A stretch of 33,590 nt of DNA from FCB group bacterium (GTDB lineage: Bacteria; Bacteroidota; Ignavibacteria; Kapaibacteriales; UBA2268). The notes under the pieces are model-generated. The model worked only from the letters and a program-made list of their open reading frames with translations. It was not told where the DNA came from and ran no database searches. Below, one piece after another: positions 16,945 to 25,484 of this stretch (position 1 is its first letter; each line of letters starts with the position of its first letter). A program made the position numbers and the translations under genes. The stretch covers positions 1 through 33,590 of the forward strand of contig JBEKWK010000002.1 of assembly GCA_049513175.1 (NCBI GenBank), written 5' to 3'.

Positions 16945-16975
16945 AAAAACGGCTTGCATTTCTGCAAGCCGTTTC
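16945..16975. terminator. Bidirectional terminator between convergent genes
   Basis: acggcttgca-tttc-tgcaagccgt (16949-16972) is a perfect 10-bp stem. It is flanked by A6 on the left and TTT on the right. U6 follows the stem in the minus-strand RNA. Confidence 0.8.
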
Positions 16976-17000
16976 AATGAAAATCTTATATTTTTTACTC

Positions 17001-19580
17001 CTACTGTTTGGTTATCTTAACCGTTTCAGATATTGTGTTGCAACCAGTATATGTGAAGTTCACAATCTTGGTTACGTAACCATCTTTTGATATATGAACA
17101 GCATAAGTCGCAGGAGCCATCAGGTTTAATGCTTTTGCCCATCCTTCATTATTTGAGTATACCGTCTGTATTAATTGGTCATGAAGGTATATATCTACTT
17201 TTGCATCAGGTATAACAAGGTCAGAGCCGTCTTTCATAATTTTAAGGTCAAGCTCTGCCGTGTAGCATGTATCAACGCCGCCTTCTTTTTGCATATATTC
17301 GGTTAGTTCCTTAGACTGGTTACATTCCAATGCGTCAGTAAAGTCAATATGAGTGTAATGCGTGTATGTTATATCAAAGTTGTATGAACCTTTGCACAGC
17401 TTTGTGAACAGGGCATAACCGTTTTCTACAGTCTCAGTTGCAAGCAGCTTATCGCCTTGATAAATTTTAACGACCGCACCATTCAAAACCTCATTGGTAC
17501 TCTTATCTCTCGGTATGATTTTATATTGTCCGTTACAGCACGAATCACTGCTATTTTGATTCTTAGCCATTACTTTGTTGAAAGTCTGGTTATCATTGCA
17601 GCCCATAGTAAATTCAAAAGCAAGCTCCTTATAGCCGTCTTTGTCTCCCAATATTTTATAATTGCCGGGGCAAATATGATTGAATATTATCTGTCCATTA
17701 TCACCTGTCGTATATTGGCATAAAAATGTGCCGCTCTTGTATAGCTTAACAAGGACTTGACCTAATGGATTACCCGTTGTGGAATCTTTTACATTAAAAG
17801 TGATTACTCCATTACAGCAGGAATCATTGTTACCGCTTGACAGCATTGCTTTGTTGAATGTTTTATTATCATTGCACCCCATTGTAAAGGTAAAATCAAT
17901 AGCATGGTAGCCGTCTTTGCTTGCCGATATTTTATATTCACCTTCACAGATTTGCTTGAAATTAACAGTTCCCAAATCTCCTGTAATGTATTCGCTTAGT
18001 TTTGTATTGCCTTTCCAAAGGTCTACGGTAACATGTGAAAGTGGCTTTCCTGTTGTGGAATCGGTAACGTTGAATGTAATAACTCCTTTGCAGCAAGTGT
18101 CGGCAGACTGTATTTTCAACATCTTTTTATTAAATGTCTGATTATCGTTGCAACCCATCGTGAACTCAAAGGCAAGCTCCTTATAACCGTCTTTGTCCCC
18201 TGTTATTTTATAATTACCCGGGCAAATATTAGTGAATATTATTTGTCCTTTATCACCGGTAGTGTATTGGCATAAAAATGTGCCGCTCTTATATAGCTTA
18301 ACAAGGACTTGACCTAATGGGTTTCCGGTTGTGGAATCGGCTACGTTAAATGTTATCTGCCCGTGACAGCATGAATCCGAATTCACTTCCGGCTCTAATG
18401 ATTTAGTAGTCTCGAGAGTATCGTTGCAAGTCATGCTGATAGCAAATTCAAGATGTTTGTAATGTGCCATCAGAATATCTAAAGAATAATCGCCTGTGCA
18501 GATGTGATTAAACAGTGCATAGCCGTTTTCAACGGTTTTAGTCTGTAACAGCTTATCCCCCTGGTAAAGATTAACCGTTGCACCGTTTAGTATAGCACCT
18601 GAATTTTTATCTTTTGGAATAACTTTTATAATGCCGTTACAGCATGAGTCGCTATTGCTCCTTAGTACGAAGTATTTTGTATATGAAACCGTATCGTTGC
18701 AAGTCATGGAAAAAGTAAACTCAATGCCCTTGTAATGGTCATTTGAAGCTGAAATCTGGTAATCACCCGGGCAAATATGCGTGAAAATAATCTGTCCGTT
18801 ATCACCGGTTTTATAATCGCTGAGTAATTGATTGCCCTTCCAGAGCTTGACGTCCATATTTGCAATGGGTGAATTTGTAACAGAATCCTTTGCTGTAAAT
18901 GTAATCTGACCGTTACAGCAGCTATCGGCAAGATTAGTTGCCATATAAAAGCTGTTCCTGTATGCGGCATTGGAGTCGCAGGAAGGCACATTCAGACTGC
19001 CTTCGATGACTTTTAAACCATCTTTTGCAATCCTGTAATTATAATCGCCGAGGCAGACATGCTCGAACACCAGCTTACCGCTTTCATTCGTATATGCTTT
19101 TCTAATAAGCACAGTGCCTCTTTTCAGGCGAAATTCAGCATTATAGACAGGCGTCGAATCGGCTTGCTTATAAACCGTTATTTCAATCCTTCCGCAGCAA
19201 CTGTCAAGATGTAAAACCTTTATAAGGCAATTAGTCTTTGCAGTACCGGTTAACTTTTTCAGATTTGAAGTTACAGGCTTAAAATCGGGATGATTGATAG
19301 TTACGTCTAAAGTGCTGATGTCCTCCGGCAAACCGGATAAAGTATAATTACCATCTTCATCGGTGGTATCAGTTGATAGTTTTGCCGCTACTGCCGCTGT
19401 ACCGGAATTAACCTGCAAAATTGCATTAGGTACGCCGTTATTCTGCTCATCCTTCAAAACACCGGTAATTGTGTTTGCATTTGTGGGTGTTGTCGGATTT
19501 TCCTTGCAGGCAACTGCGATTAGCATTAAAGTAAACAAAGCAGGTATGATAAACCGTCGAAAGTAAAAAGAAAATTTCAT
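17001..19580 (-). CDS. Surface lipoprotein built from an N-terminal plus 8 tandem ~91-aa CarboxypepD_reg-like (prealbumin-fold) domains carrying a conserved Cys quartet
   Basis: I prefer the start at 19580 (MKFSFYFRRFIIPALFTLMLIAVA-C lipobox). The repeats begin D-S/T-C-C and contain hICPGxY and M-x-C-N-D. The G-x-P-L...TGDxGQIIF...G-x-Y pattern is typical of the CarboxypepD_reg-like fold. GAGG lies ~10 nt upstream of the ATG. Confidence 0.85.
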   Translation of the reverse strand: MKFSFYFRRFIIPALFTLMLIAVACKENPTTPTNANTITGVLKDEQNNGVPNAILQVNSGTAAVAAKLSTDTTDEDGNYTLSGLPEDISTLDVTINHPDFKPVTSNLKKLTGTAKTNCLIKVLHLDSCCGRIEITVYKQADSTPVYNAEFRLKRGTVLIRKAYTNESGKLVFEHVCLGDYNYRIAKDGLKVIEGSLNVPSCDSNAAYRNSFYMATNLADSCCNGQITFTAKDSVTNSPIANMDVKLWKGNQLLSDYKTGDNGQIIFTHICPGDYQISASNDHYKGIEFTFSMTCNDTVSYTKYFVLRSNSDSCCNGIIKVIPKDKNSGAILNGATVNLYQGDKLLQTKTVENGYALFNHICTGDYSLDILMAHYKHLEFAISMTCNDTLETTKSLEPEVNSDSCCHGQITFNVADSTTGNPLGQVLVKLYKSGTFLCQYTTGDKGQIIFTNICPGNYKITGDKDGYKELAFEFTMGCNDNQTFNKKMLKIQSADTCCKGVITFNVTDSTTGKPLSHVTVDLWKGNTKLSEYITGDLGTVNFKQICEGEYKISASKDGYHAIDFTFTMGCNDNKTFNKAMLSSGNNDSCCNGVITFNVKDSTTGNPLGQVLVKLYKSGTFLCQYTTGDNGQIIFNHICPGNYKILGDKDGYKELAFEFTMGCNDNQTFNKVMAKNQNSSDSCCNGQYKIIPRDKSTNEVLNGAVVKIYQGDKLLATETVENGYALFTKLCKGSYNFDITYTHYTHIDFTDALECNQSKELTEYMQKEGGVDTCYTAELDLKIMKDGSDLVIPDAKVDIYLHDQLIQTVYSNNEGWAKALNLMAPATYAVHISKDGYVTKIVNFTYTGCNTISETVKITKQ

Positions 19581-19850
19581 AGTCATTCCTCTAACAATTA
19601 CAATTATATATTTAAATAAAATATTCTCAAAAAACCCCAATACTTTATTAATCCCGCCTGCAACAAGTGTCATGCCAAATTTACAAATAGAAAACACTTA
19701 CCTTTGCAGGCAATTTTATATAATAACACGAATTTTCAAAATCAGTTGCAGAAAAATTACGAAAATTTTAAGGAAATTAAAAATATTTTGAAATTTTTCA
19801 CCCCTTGAAAAAGGGGATTTTCCACACCTTTTTCCCAAGCTTCGTTTTAG

Positions 19851-19886
19851 TTAATTACTAATTACAAATTAATAATTACAAATTAA
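19851..19886. repeat. 7-bp tandem array (TAATTAC / AAATTAA)
   Basis: The sequence is ttaattactaattacaaattaataattacaaattaa. Confidence 0.8.
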
Positions 19887-19894
19887 CCAAAAAA

Positions 19895-19930
19895 TTGTCT
19901 CCCGCTGGCGGGAGAATTAAAGAGGGTGGA
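19895..19930. repeat. Family-E2 hairpin TCTCCCGC-TG-GCGGGAGA + AATTAAAGAGGGTGGA
   Basis: Perfect 8-bp stem at 19898-19915. The reverse-complement version (tccaccccctttatcccccgccggcgggagacaa) lies at 32668-32700. Confidence 0.85.
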
Positions 19931-20076
19931 CTTAATTCTTCATTTTTTATCCTTGTTCTGAGGCTATGTGCAAATTATTGTTTGTAAAATTTATAAAAAT
20001 TGCTATTTTTAAATCTTGTAAATTATATTTATTTTTGTCATAAAACTGTTTTTGTAAACATTAATTATAGAAATAT

Positions 20077-20457
20077 ATGAAAAAAGTAACATCAATAGGA
20101 GGCGTTTTTTTTAAATGCAAAGACCCGGAAAATATCAAGAAATGGTATTCAGAGCATCTTGGGTTCAATATTAACGATTATGGCGCTACCTTCGAGTGGC
20201 GTGAGGCAGACGATGCGGATAAAAAAGGAATGACTATCTGGAGTCCATTCGCTGATAAAACGACTTATTTCGAGCCTTCAACAAAAGAATTCATGATAAA
20301 TTACAGGGTCGAAAATCTTGAATTGCTTATCGGAGAACTCAAAAAGGAAGGTGTAGAAATCGTTGATGAATTGCAAGTTTACGATTATGGCAAATTCATA
20401 CATATACTTGACCCCGAAGGCAATAAAATTGAACTGTGGGAGCCGGGGAGTGAATAG
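20077..20457 (+). CDS. VOC-family (glyoxalase/bleomycin-resistance fold) protein
   Basis: 126 aa. The N-terminal GGVFFKCKDPENIKKWYSEHLGF and the C-terminal GKFIHILDPEGNKIELWEP are typical beta-alpha-beta-beta-beta VOC module ends. Confidence 0.85.
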   Translation: MKKVTSIGGVFFKCKDPENIKKWYSEHLGFNINDYGATFEWREADDADKKGMTIWSPFADKTTYFEPSTKEFMINYRVENLELLIGELKKEGVEIVDELQVYDYGKFIHILDPEGNKIELWEPGSE

Positions 20458-20499
20458 TGAACATTGACCATTTTAAAAAGTTAGCAGTTGTCTTAAAAA

Positions 20500-20523
20500 A
20501 TTACTAATTACTAATTACTAATT
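20500..20523. repeat. 7-bp tandem array (ATTACTA x3.4)
   Basis: The sequence is attactaattactaattactaatt. Confidence 0.85.
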
Positions 20524-20595
20524 GTGGTCAATTCATTAAAATTTAAAAAATTGACCTGATGATTGTAACCCGCCGGGGAAAACAATTGATTAGTA

Positions 20596-20657
20596 GCTCG
20601 GACGCCCACGTCTGAGCATTAAGTTTTCACCTTGTTCCCAAGCTCCCGCTTGGGAAC
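20596..20657. repeat. Family-C hairpin followed by a family-A hairpin
   Basis: gctcggacg-ccca-cgtctgagc (20596-20617, also seen at 32637-32658) and gttcccaagc-tccc-gcttgggaac (20634-20657). Confidence 0.88.
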
Positions 20658-20707
20658 ATCTTTCTTCCAATCCCAGAGGGATTATTCATCTGTAACATTT
20701 TAAGAAA

Positions 20708-20787
20708 CACACCCCTTAATCCCCTCTTAATAGAGGGGAAAAAAGAAAAGGGTTTTCCCCCTCTATCAAGAGGGGGCAGGGGGTGTG
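20708..20787. repeat. 80-nt nested element: outer 8-bp helix enclosing two GC-rich hairpins
   Basis: The outer helix is cacacccc (20708-15) paired with ggggtgtg (20780-87). The inner hairpins are cccctct-taat-agagggg (20721-38) and ccccctct-atca-agaggggg (20757-76). It lies 21 nt downstream of the stop of gene 20809-22974. Confidence 0.8.
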
Positions 20788-20808
20788 TGGACTCTGCTGT
20801 AGCCTTAC

Positions 20809-22974
20809 TTAATATATAAAAAACTTCCCTGTGCTGATACCTGCATTAGGACCTATTAGCTTATAAAAATAAGTGCCTGTGCCGCTTCCTGTCAAATCTA
20901 TATTGAACGATGCTTCGTTTCCCAATTTATCAAATTCATTAGAATAAATATTATTTCCCAGAATATCATAAATCATAATTCTGAATGTTCCGATGTCAGG
21001 AGAAGCAAGCTTAATATTGACCTTGCCGGAGGAGGGATTAGGATAGATTTTACTATATATTATGTCTTTTGAAATCGGCTCCTGAGTTTGTTTAACATCA
21101 AGAATAACACCGCCTTCGTGGAAGATAGCTAAGCCACCTCCATACGTCCCAATCCACTTATTGCCACTTCCGTCTATTGCTATTGTCCGGACGTCGTTAT
21201 CAGGTAATCCGGAATTTGTTGTGTTGTAAGTAATCCAGTTAGTACCGTCAAATTTTGTCAATCCGTTCCATGTTCCTATACATTTATTTCCACTACTATC
21301 TATTGCTATTGACAAGACATGGTTGTCAGGCAAGCCGGAATTTTTTGTGTCGTAAGTAATCCAATTCGTTCCGTCAAATTTTGCCAAGCCACCATAGATA
21401 GTCCCAATCCATTTATTGCCACTTGCGTCAATTACTATTGACTCGACAAAGTTATTAGGTAATCCGGAATTATTTGTGTTGTAAGTAATCCAGTTCGTTC
21501 CATCAAATTTTGTCAAGCCACCATTTTGTGTCCCAATCCACTTATTGCCACTTCCATCTAATGCTAATGAAAAGATATCGTTATCAGGCAAGCCTGAATT
21601 ATCTCTGTTGTAAGTAATCCAGTTAGTACCGTCAAATTTTGCCAACCCATACGAAGTTCCAATCCACTTATTGCCACTTCCGTCTATTATTATTGACCAA
21701 ACACAGTCATTTGGTAATCCAGAATTTGTTGTATTGTAAGTAATCCAATTCGTTCCATCAAATAATGCCAAGCCCTCGTAATAAGTTCCAATCCACTTAT
21801 TGCCACTTCCATCTATAGCTATTAAAGAGATATCATTACCAGGCAAGTCTGAATTTTTTGTCTTGTAAGTAATCCAATTCGTTCCGTCAAATTTTACCAA
21901 ACCTCCCAAAGTCCCAATCCATCTATTACCACTTCCATCTATTGTTATTGCTCGAACATCATTATCAGGTAATACGGAATTAGATGTTTTGTAAGTAATT
22001 GAATTCGTTCCGTCAAATTTTGTTAAACCACCGAATACAGACCCAATCCATTTATTACCACTTCCGTCTATAATAATTGAAGAGATATAGTCTTCTATAA
22101 GACGGGAATTTATTGATTTGTAAGTAATCCAATTAATACCGTCAAATTTTGCCAAGTCGCCACGATTAGTCCCAATCCACTTATTGCCACTTCCGTCTAT
22201 TGCTATTGATAAGAGCTTGTTATCAGGTATTCCGGAATTTGTTGTATTGTAGGTGATCCAATTTGTTCCGTCAAATTTTGCCAAGCCGCCACCATAAGTC
22301 CCAATCCACTTATTGCCACTTCCGTCTATTGCTATTGTCCGGACATCGTTATCAGGTAATCCGGAATTTGTTGTGTTATAGGTGTTCCAATTCGTTCCGT
22401 CAAATTTTGCCAAGCCGTCACCATAAGTCCCAATCCATTTATTGCCACTTTTGTCTATTGTTATTAATTGGACAATGCCAATAGGCAAGCCAGAATTTGT
22501 TGTTCTATAAGTAGTCCAGTTAGTATTATCAAATTTTGCCAACGCCAACATAATCCCAATCCACTTAATGCCACTTCCGTCTATTGCTATTGTCCGGACG
22601 TCGTTATCAGGTAATCCGGAATTTGTTGTGTCGTAAGTAATCCAATTAATACCGTCAAATTTTGTTAATCCGTAACCTGTTGCTATCCACTTATTTCCAC
22701 TACTATCTATTGCTATTGATCGCACATAGTTGCCAGGCAAGCCGGAATTTGCTTTATTATAGAACGTAGTAGTATTTGATATTTCATCAATTTTTACAAG
22801 TCCTCCTGATGTTCCAACCCAGATAAATTTCCCTTCTTCAACTAAGGCAGTTATATTATCACCATTCGTTAAATTCACCCACTCTGGATTTTGTGAAAAG
22901 AGACATGATATAAAAATAAAAAAAGCAAACAATGAAGTTAAAAATAATGTTCGAAAGAATAACTTTGTTTTCAT
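20809..22974 (-). CDS. Secreted 14-blade 'two-component regulator propeller' (Reg_prop) repeat protein with T9SS C-terminal sorting domain and no kinase/regulator part
   Basis: It has a signal peptide. Fourteen ~47-aa units follow the pattern GLxKFDGTNWITYNTTNSGLPDNDVRxIAIDGSGNKWIGT. The C-terminus has IYPNPSSGKVNIKL ... IMIYDILGN ... GTYFYKLIG. GGGAGA lies 6 nt upstream of the ATG. Confidence 0.9.
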   Translation of the reverse strand: MKTKLFFRTLFLTSLFAFFIFISCLFSQNPEWVNLTNGDNITALVEEGKFIWVGTSGGLVKIDEISNTTTFYNKANSGLPGNYVRSIAIDSSGNKWIATGYGLTKFDGINWITYDTTNSGLPDNDVRTIAIDGSGIKWIGIMLALAKFDNTNWTTYRTTNSGLPIGIVQLITIDKSGNKWIGTYGDGLAKFDGTNWNTYNTTNSGLPDNDVRTIAIDGSGNKWIGTYGGGLAKFDGTNWITYNTTNSGIPDNKLLSIAIDGSGNKWIGTNRGDLAKFDGINWITYKSINSRLIEDYISSIIIDGSGNKWIGSVFGGLTKFDGTNSITYKTSNSVLPDNDVRAITIDGSGNRWIGTLGGLVKFDGTNWITYKTKNSDLPGNDISLIAIDGSGNKWIGTYYEGLALFDGTNWITYNTTNSGLPNDCVWSIIIDGSGNKWIGTSYGLAKFDGTNWITYNRDNSGLPDNDIFSLALDGSGNKWIGTQNGGLTKFDGTNWITYNTNNSGLPNNFVESIVIDASGNKWIGTIYGGLAKFDGTNWITYDTKNSGLPDNHVLSIAIDSSGNKCIGTWNGLTKFDGTNWITYNTTNSGLPDNDVRTIAIDGSGNKWIGTYGGGLAIFHEGGVILDVKQTQEPISKDIIYSKIYPNPSSGKVNIKLASPDIGTFRIMIYDILGNNIYSNEFDKLGNEASFNIDLTGSGTGTYFYKLIGPNAGISTGKFFIY

Positions 22975-23188
22975 AATTTTCTCCCAAAAATAATTATTAG
23001 GTATTATATTCTTTATGTCAAATTCAAAAAGTTATTTAGTTAAATTCATAAACTTGTCCAATAAAATGTACACTTTTTTGGCAAACTGTACATAAAATTG
23101 TACACATTATGCTGTTATAAATATATAACTTACAATATATATGCCTATAGCAATAATTGTACCATGAATTTGATTTTTTTTCGTCCTT

Positions 23189-23249
23189 GTTCCCTAGCTC
23201 CCGCTTTGGAACATCCAAGTTTGGGTTACCAAGCAGGAGCTTGGTAACC
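23189..23249. repeat. Inverted copy of the two-hairpin family-A composite
   Basis: gttccctagc-tccc-gctttggaac (23189-23212, degenerate) and ggttaccaagc-agga-gcttggtaacc (23224-23249). This is the reverse orientation of 13644-13703. Confidence 0.85.
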
Positions 23250-23308
23250 AGATAGTCTGTCATTAGAATTTCCCTCTCTTTGGGAGAGGGACGAAGTGTG
23301 AGGTGGAT

Positions 23309-24862
23309 TTATTCCTTATTTTCCTTCAAATAATGGGCTCCCTTGCTGTCCCTTGCTTCTAAAGTGGCGAAGGTAACGGCTATGGCGGTTTGCACACCAT
23401 CCCTGAGTTGGATGATATGCTTTGTCAGCTTAGCTTTCTGGTAAAAATGCTCGATTTCAGTCTGCAGATGCCTTAGTATGGTTGCAGCTCTTAATAATCT
23501 TTGGCGTGTGCGTATAAGCCCTACGTAATTCCACATTGTATTTTTGATTGTAAGCCAGTCCTGTGCGATTAAGGCAGGGTCAATATATTCGTCGCCGTCT
23601 TCCCATGGGTAAATATCGGGAAAATGCTTATCTCTCGAACAATGCTCGACCGCATCAATCCCTGCATTATAGCCCCAAACCACGCTTTCGAGCAGTGAAG
23701 TGGATGCCAGCCTGTTTGCCCCGTGAATCCCTGTGCAGGAAACCTCGCCGACTGCATATAGCCTCCTCAAAGAAGTTCTGCCCTTAATGCTGACACCGAT
23801 ACCGCCACATGAATAATGTGCGGCAGGAACTACGGGTATAGGCTCTTTTGTCATGTCCACACCCGCTAAAAGGCAATGAGCAAAGATATTCGGGAAACGG
23901 CTTTTGAGCCAATCGAGATTTTTGAAGGAAATATCGAGGTAAACGCAGGGATGCTCGGTGTCGAGCATAGTCTGATGTATGCCCCTTGACACTATATCAC
24001 GTGGAGCAAGATTGCCCCTTTCATCAAATTCTTTCATAAATTCCCTGCCGTATTTATCAACGAGGATGCCGCCTTCGCCCCTGACAGCTTCGGAAATCAG
24101 GAACCTGTCCCGTTCGTTATAAAATGTCGTTGGATGAAACTGTATGTACTGCATATTGAAGCATCTCGCACCCGCTCTCCAGGCAAGAGCAATACCGTCA
24201 CCCGTGGCTTCCGGCGGGTTTGTAGTATGCACATAAATTTGCCCCAAGCCGCCGCTTGCGACAATGGTTTCAGAAGCGTAAATAGGAAATATTTTCCCGC
24301 TTTTATTATCGAGTACGAAAGCACCGAAACAGGCAGGTTTTTCATATATATCAATCAGGTTTTTGGAGTTGTGTGAAAGTGTCAGCAAATCAACGGCTGT
24401 ATGGTCTAATAAGATTTCGATATTGGAATGGCTCTGAAGCTCACGGAGAACGCTGTTTTGTATAGATTCGCCGGTATAATCCTTAGCATGGATTATTCTC
24501 GGCTGTGAATGGGCTCCTTCTGCGGTCAGGTCAAGTTCATTGTTCTCGTCCCGGTCGAAATTAACCTTGAATCTTTCTATTAGAAATTCTTTGACCAATT
24601 TGGGACCCATATTGCAAAGCTCATCAACAGCAGGCTCCCAGCAGATGCCGTCCCCTGCAAGCAAAATATCCTGCTTAAGCTCATTGGGTGAATCTGAATA
24701 GCCTTTATAAATAATTCCGCCCTGTGCATAAGCAGTACTGCCACTTAGCAATTCCGGTGTTTTAGTCATAATCGTAACTTTTACACCCTTATCAGCGGCG
24801 ATTATAGCGGCTATAGCACCCGCAAGTCCCGTTCCAATTACCAATATGTCCGTATGTTTCAT
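23309..24862 (-). CDS. nadB: L-aspartate oxidase
   Basis: 517 aa with an N-terminal FAD motif DILVIGTGLAGAIAA. Succinate dehydrogenase/fumarate reductase flavoprotein-family blocks are present (QGGI, HPT..., EAVRGEGG, GLYAVGE-type LYAVGEVSCTGIHGANRLASTSLLE). Length and layout match NadB. Confidence 0.92.
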   Translation of the reverse strand: MKHTDILVIGTGLAGAIAAIIAADKGVKVTIMTKTPELLSGSTAYAQGGIIYKGYSDSPNELKQDILLAGDGICWEPAVDELCNMGPKLVKEFLIERFKVNFDRDENNELDLTAEGAHSQPRIIHAKDYTGESIQNSVLRELQSHSNIEILLDHTAVDLLTLSHNSKNLIDIYEKPACFGAFVLDNKSGKIFPIYASETIVASGGLGQIYVHTTNPPEATGDGIALAWRAGARCFNMQYIQFHPTTFYNERDRFLISEAVRGEGGILVDKYGREFMKEFDERGNLAPRDIVSRGIHQTMLDTEHPCVYLDISFKNLDWLKSRFPNIFAHCLLAGVDMTKEPIPVVPAAHYSCGGIGVSIKGRTSLRRLYAVGEVSCTGIHGANRLASTSLLESVVWGYNAGIDAVEHCSRDKHFPDIYPWEDGDEYIDPALIAQDWLTIKNTMWNYVGLIRTRQRLLRAATILRHLQTEIEHFYQKAKLTKHIIQLRDGVQTAIAVTFATLEARDSKGAHYLKENKE

Positions 24863-24988
24863 AATTCAATCAAATTTTGTAATAAATGTAGTATATATGA
24901 CATAAGATTCATAAAAATATTATAAAATAGAAATTTTGTTATAAAATTATATTTTCATAAATTTGCTAACGATTAAATTATTTAATAT

Positions 24989-25270
24989 ATGAATGAATTT
25001 GAATGGGATATTAATAAATCACAAGCAAACCTTGCAAAACATGGTATTAGCTTTGATGAAGCAATTACGGTATTCTTTGATGATTTTGCAAGAATTCTTG
25101 CTGATCCTGACCATTCAATTGGTGAGGAAAGATGGCTTATATTAGGATATTCTGTTAAAAATAGATTACTTGCAATTTCGTTTACAGATAGGAAAGAAAA
25201 AATAAGAATTATTAATGCTAGAAAAGCAACAAAAAATGAAAGAAAACAATATGAAGAATTCAACAAATAA
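24989..25270 (+). CDS. brnT: BrnT-family (DUF497) type II toxin
   Basis: FEWDINKSQANLAKHGISFDEAITVFFD ... HSIGEERWLILGYS ... IRIINARKATKNERKQY matches the BrnT signature. Confidence 0.88.
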   Translation: MNEFEWDINKSQANLAKHGISFDEAITVFFDDFARILADPDHSIGEERWLILGYSVKNRLLAISFTDRKEKIRIINARKATKNERKQYEEFNK

Positions 25271-25484
25271 AAAAAATCACGATGATGATATGAGACCTGA
25301 ATATGATTTTTCAGGCTCGATACCAAATAAATATGCCAAAAAATTAAAAGAACAAGCCAGGTTAGTTTCGCTTGAGCCTGATGTTTACAAGATATTCCAT
25401 ACTTCCGAACAAGTAAACGAAGTATTAAGAGCAATTATAAATAATTTTCCCCACAGTGAAAAAAGTACATATAAAACCGTTTAG
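25251..25484 (+). CDS. brnA: BrnA-like antitoxin
   Basis: A small ORF overlaps the brnT 3' end by 20 nt (ATG at 25251; alternative ATGs at 25215 and 25236). The EYDFSG ... LVSLEPDVYKIF...SEQVNEVLRAII pattern matches the BrnA C-terminal ribbon-helix-helix-like region. Confidence 0.75.
   Translation: MKNSTNKKNHDDDMRPEYDFSGSIPNKYAKKLKEQARLVSLEPDVYKIFHTSEQVNEVLRAIINNFPHSEKSTYKTV

Noticed and set aside
19581-19697. Upstream ATG that would extend the Cys-repeat lipoprotein by 39 aa.
   Set aside because: The canonical lipoprotein signal (MKFSFYFRRF...LIAVAC) starts at 19580 and has a GAGG box upstream. The extension has no features.
20590-20620. tRNA-like start (tagtagctcggacg / ggtagctcagacg at 32634) resembling a tRNA acceptor and D-arm.
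   Set aside because: The rest forms a simple 9-bp hairpin. There is no anticodon arm, no GGTTCGAATCC-type T-arm and no 3' acceptor strand. It is repeat family C.
17001-22974. Diversity-generating retroelement or phase-variable switch acting on the repeat proteins.
   Set aside because: There is no reverse transcriptase, no template repeat outside the genes, no invertase, and no inverted repeats flanking the promoters. The repeat similarity is explained by intragenic duplication or conversion.
24863-24988. Possible riboswitch or leader upstream of nadB.
   Set aside because: The gap is 126 bp, almost pure A/T, with no stable conserved-looking helices. It is most simply a divergent promoter region.
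24982-25434. 150-aa minus-strand ORF covering the brnT/brnA region.
   Set aside because: It is antisense to two ORFs with clear family signatures. Its sequence is low-complexity and hydrophobic, as expected from the reverse frame of AT-rich coding DNA.
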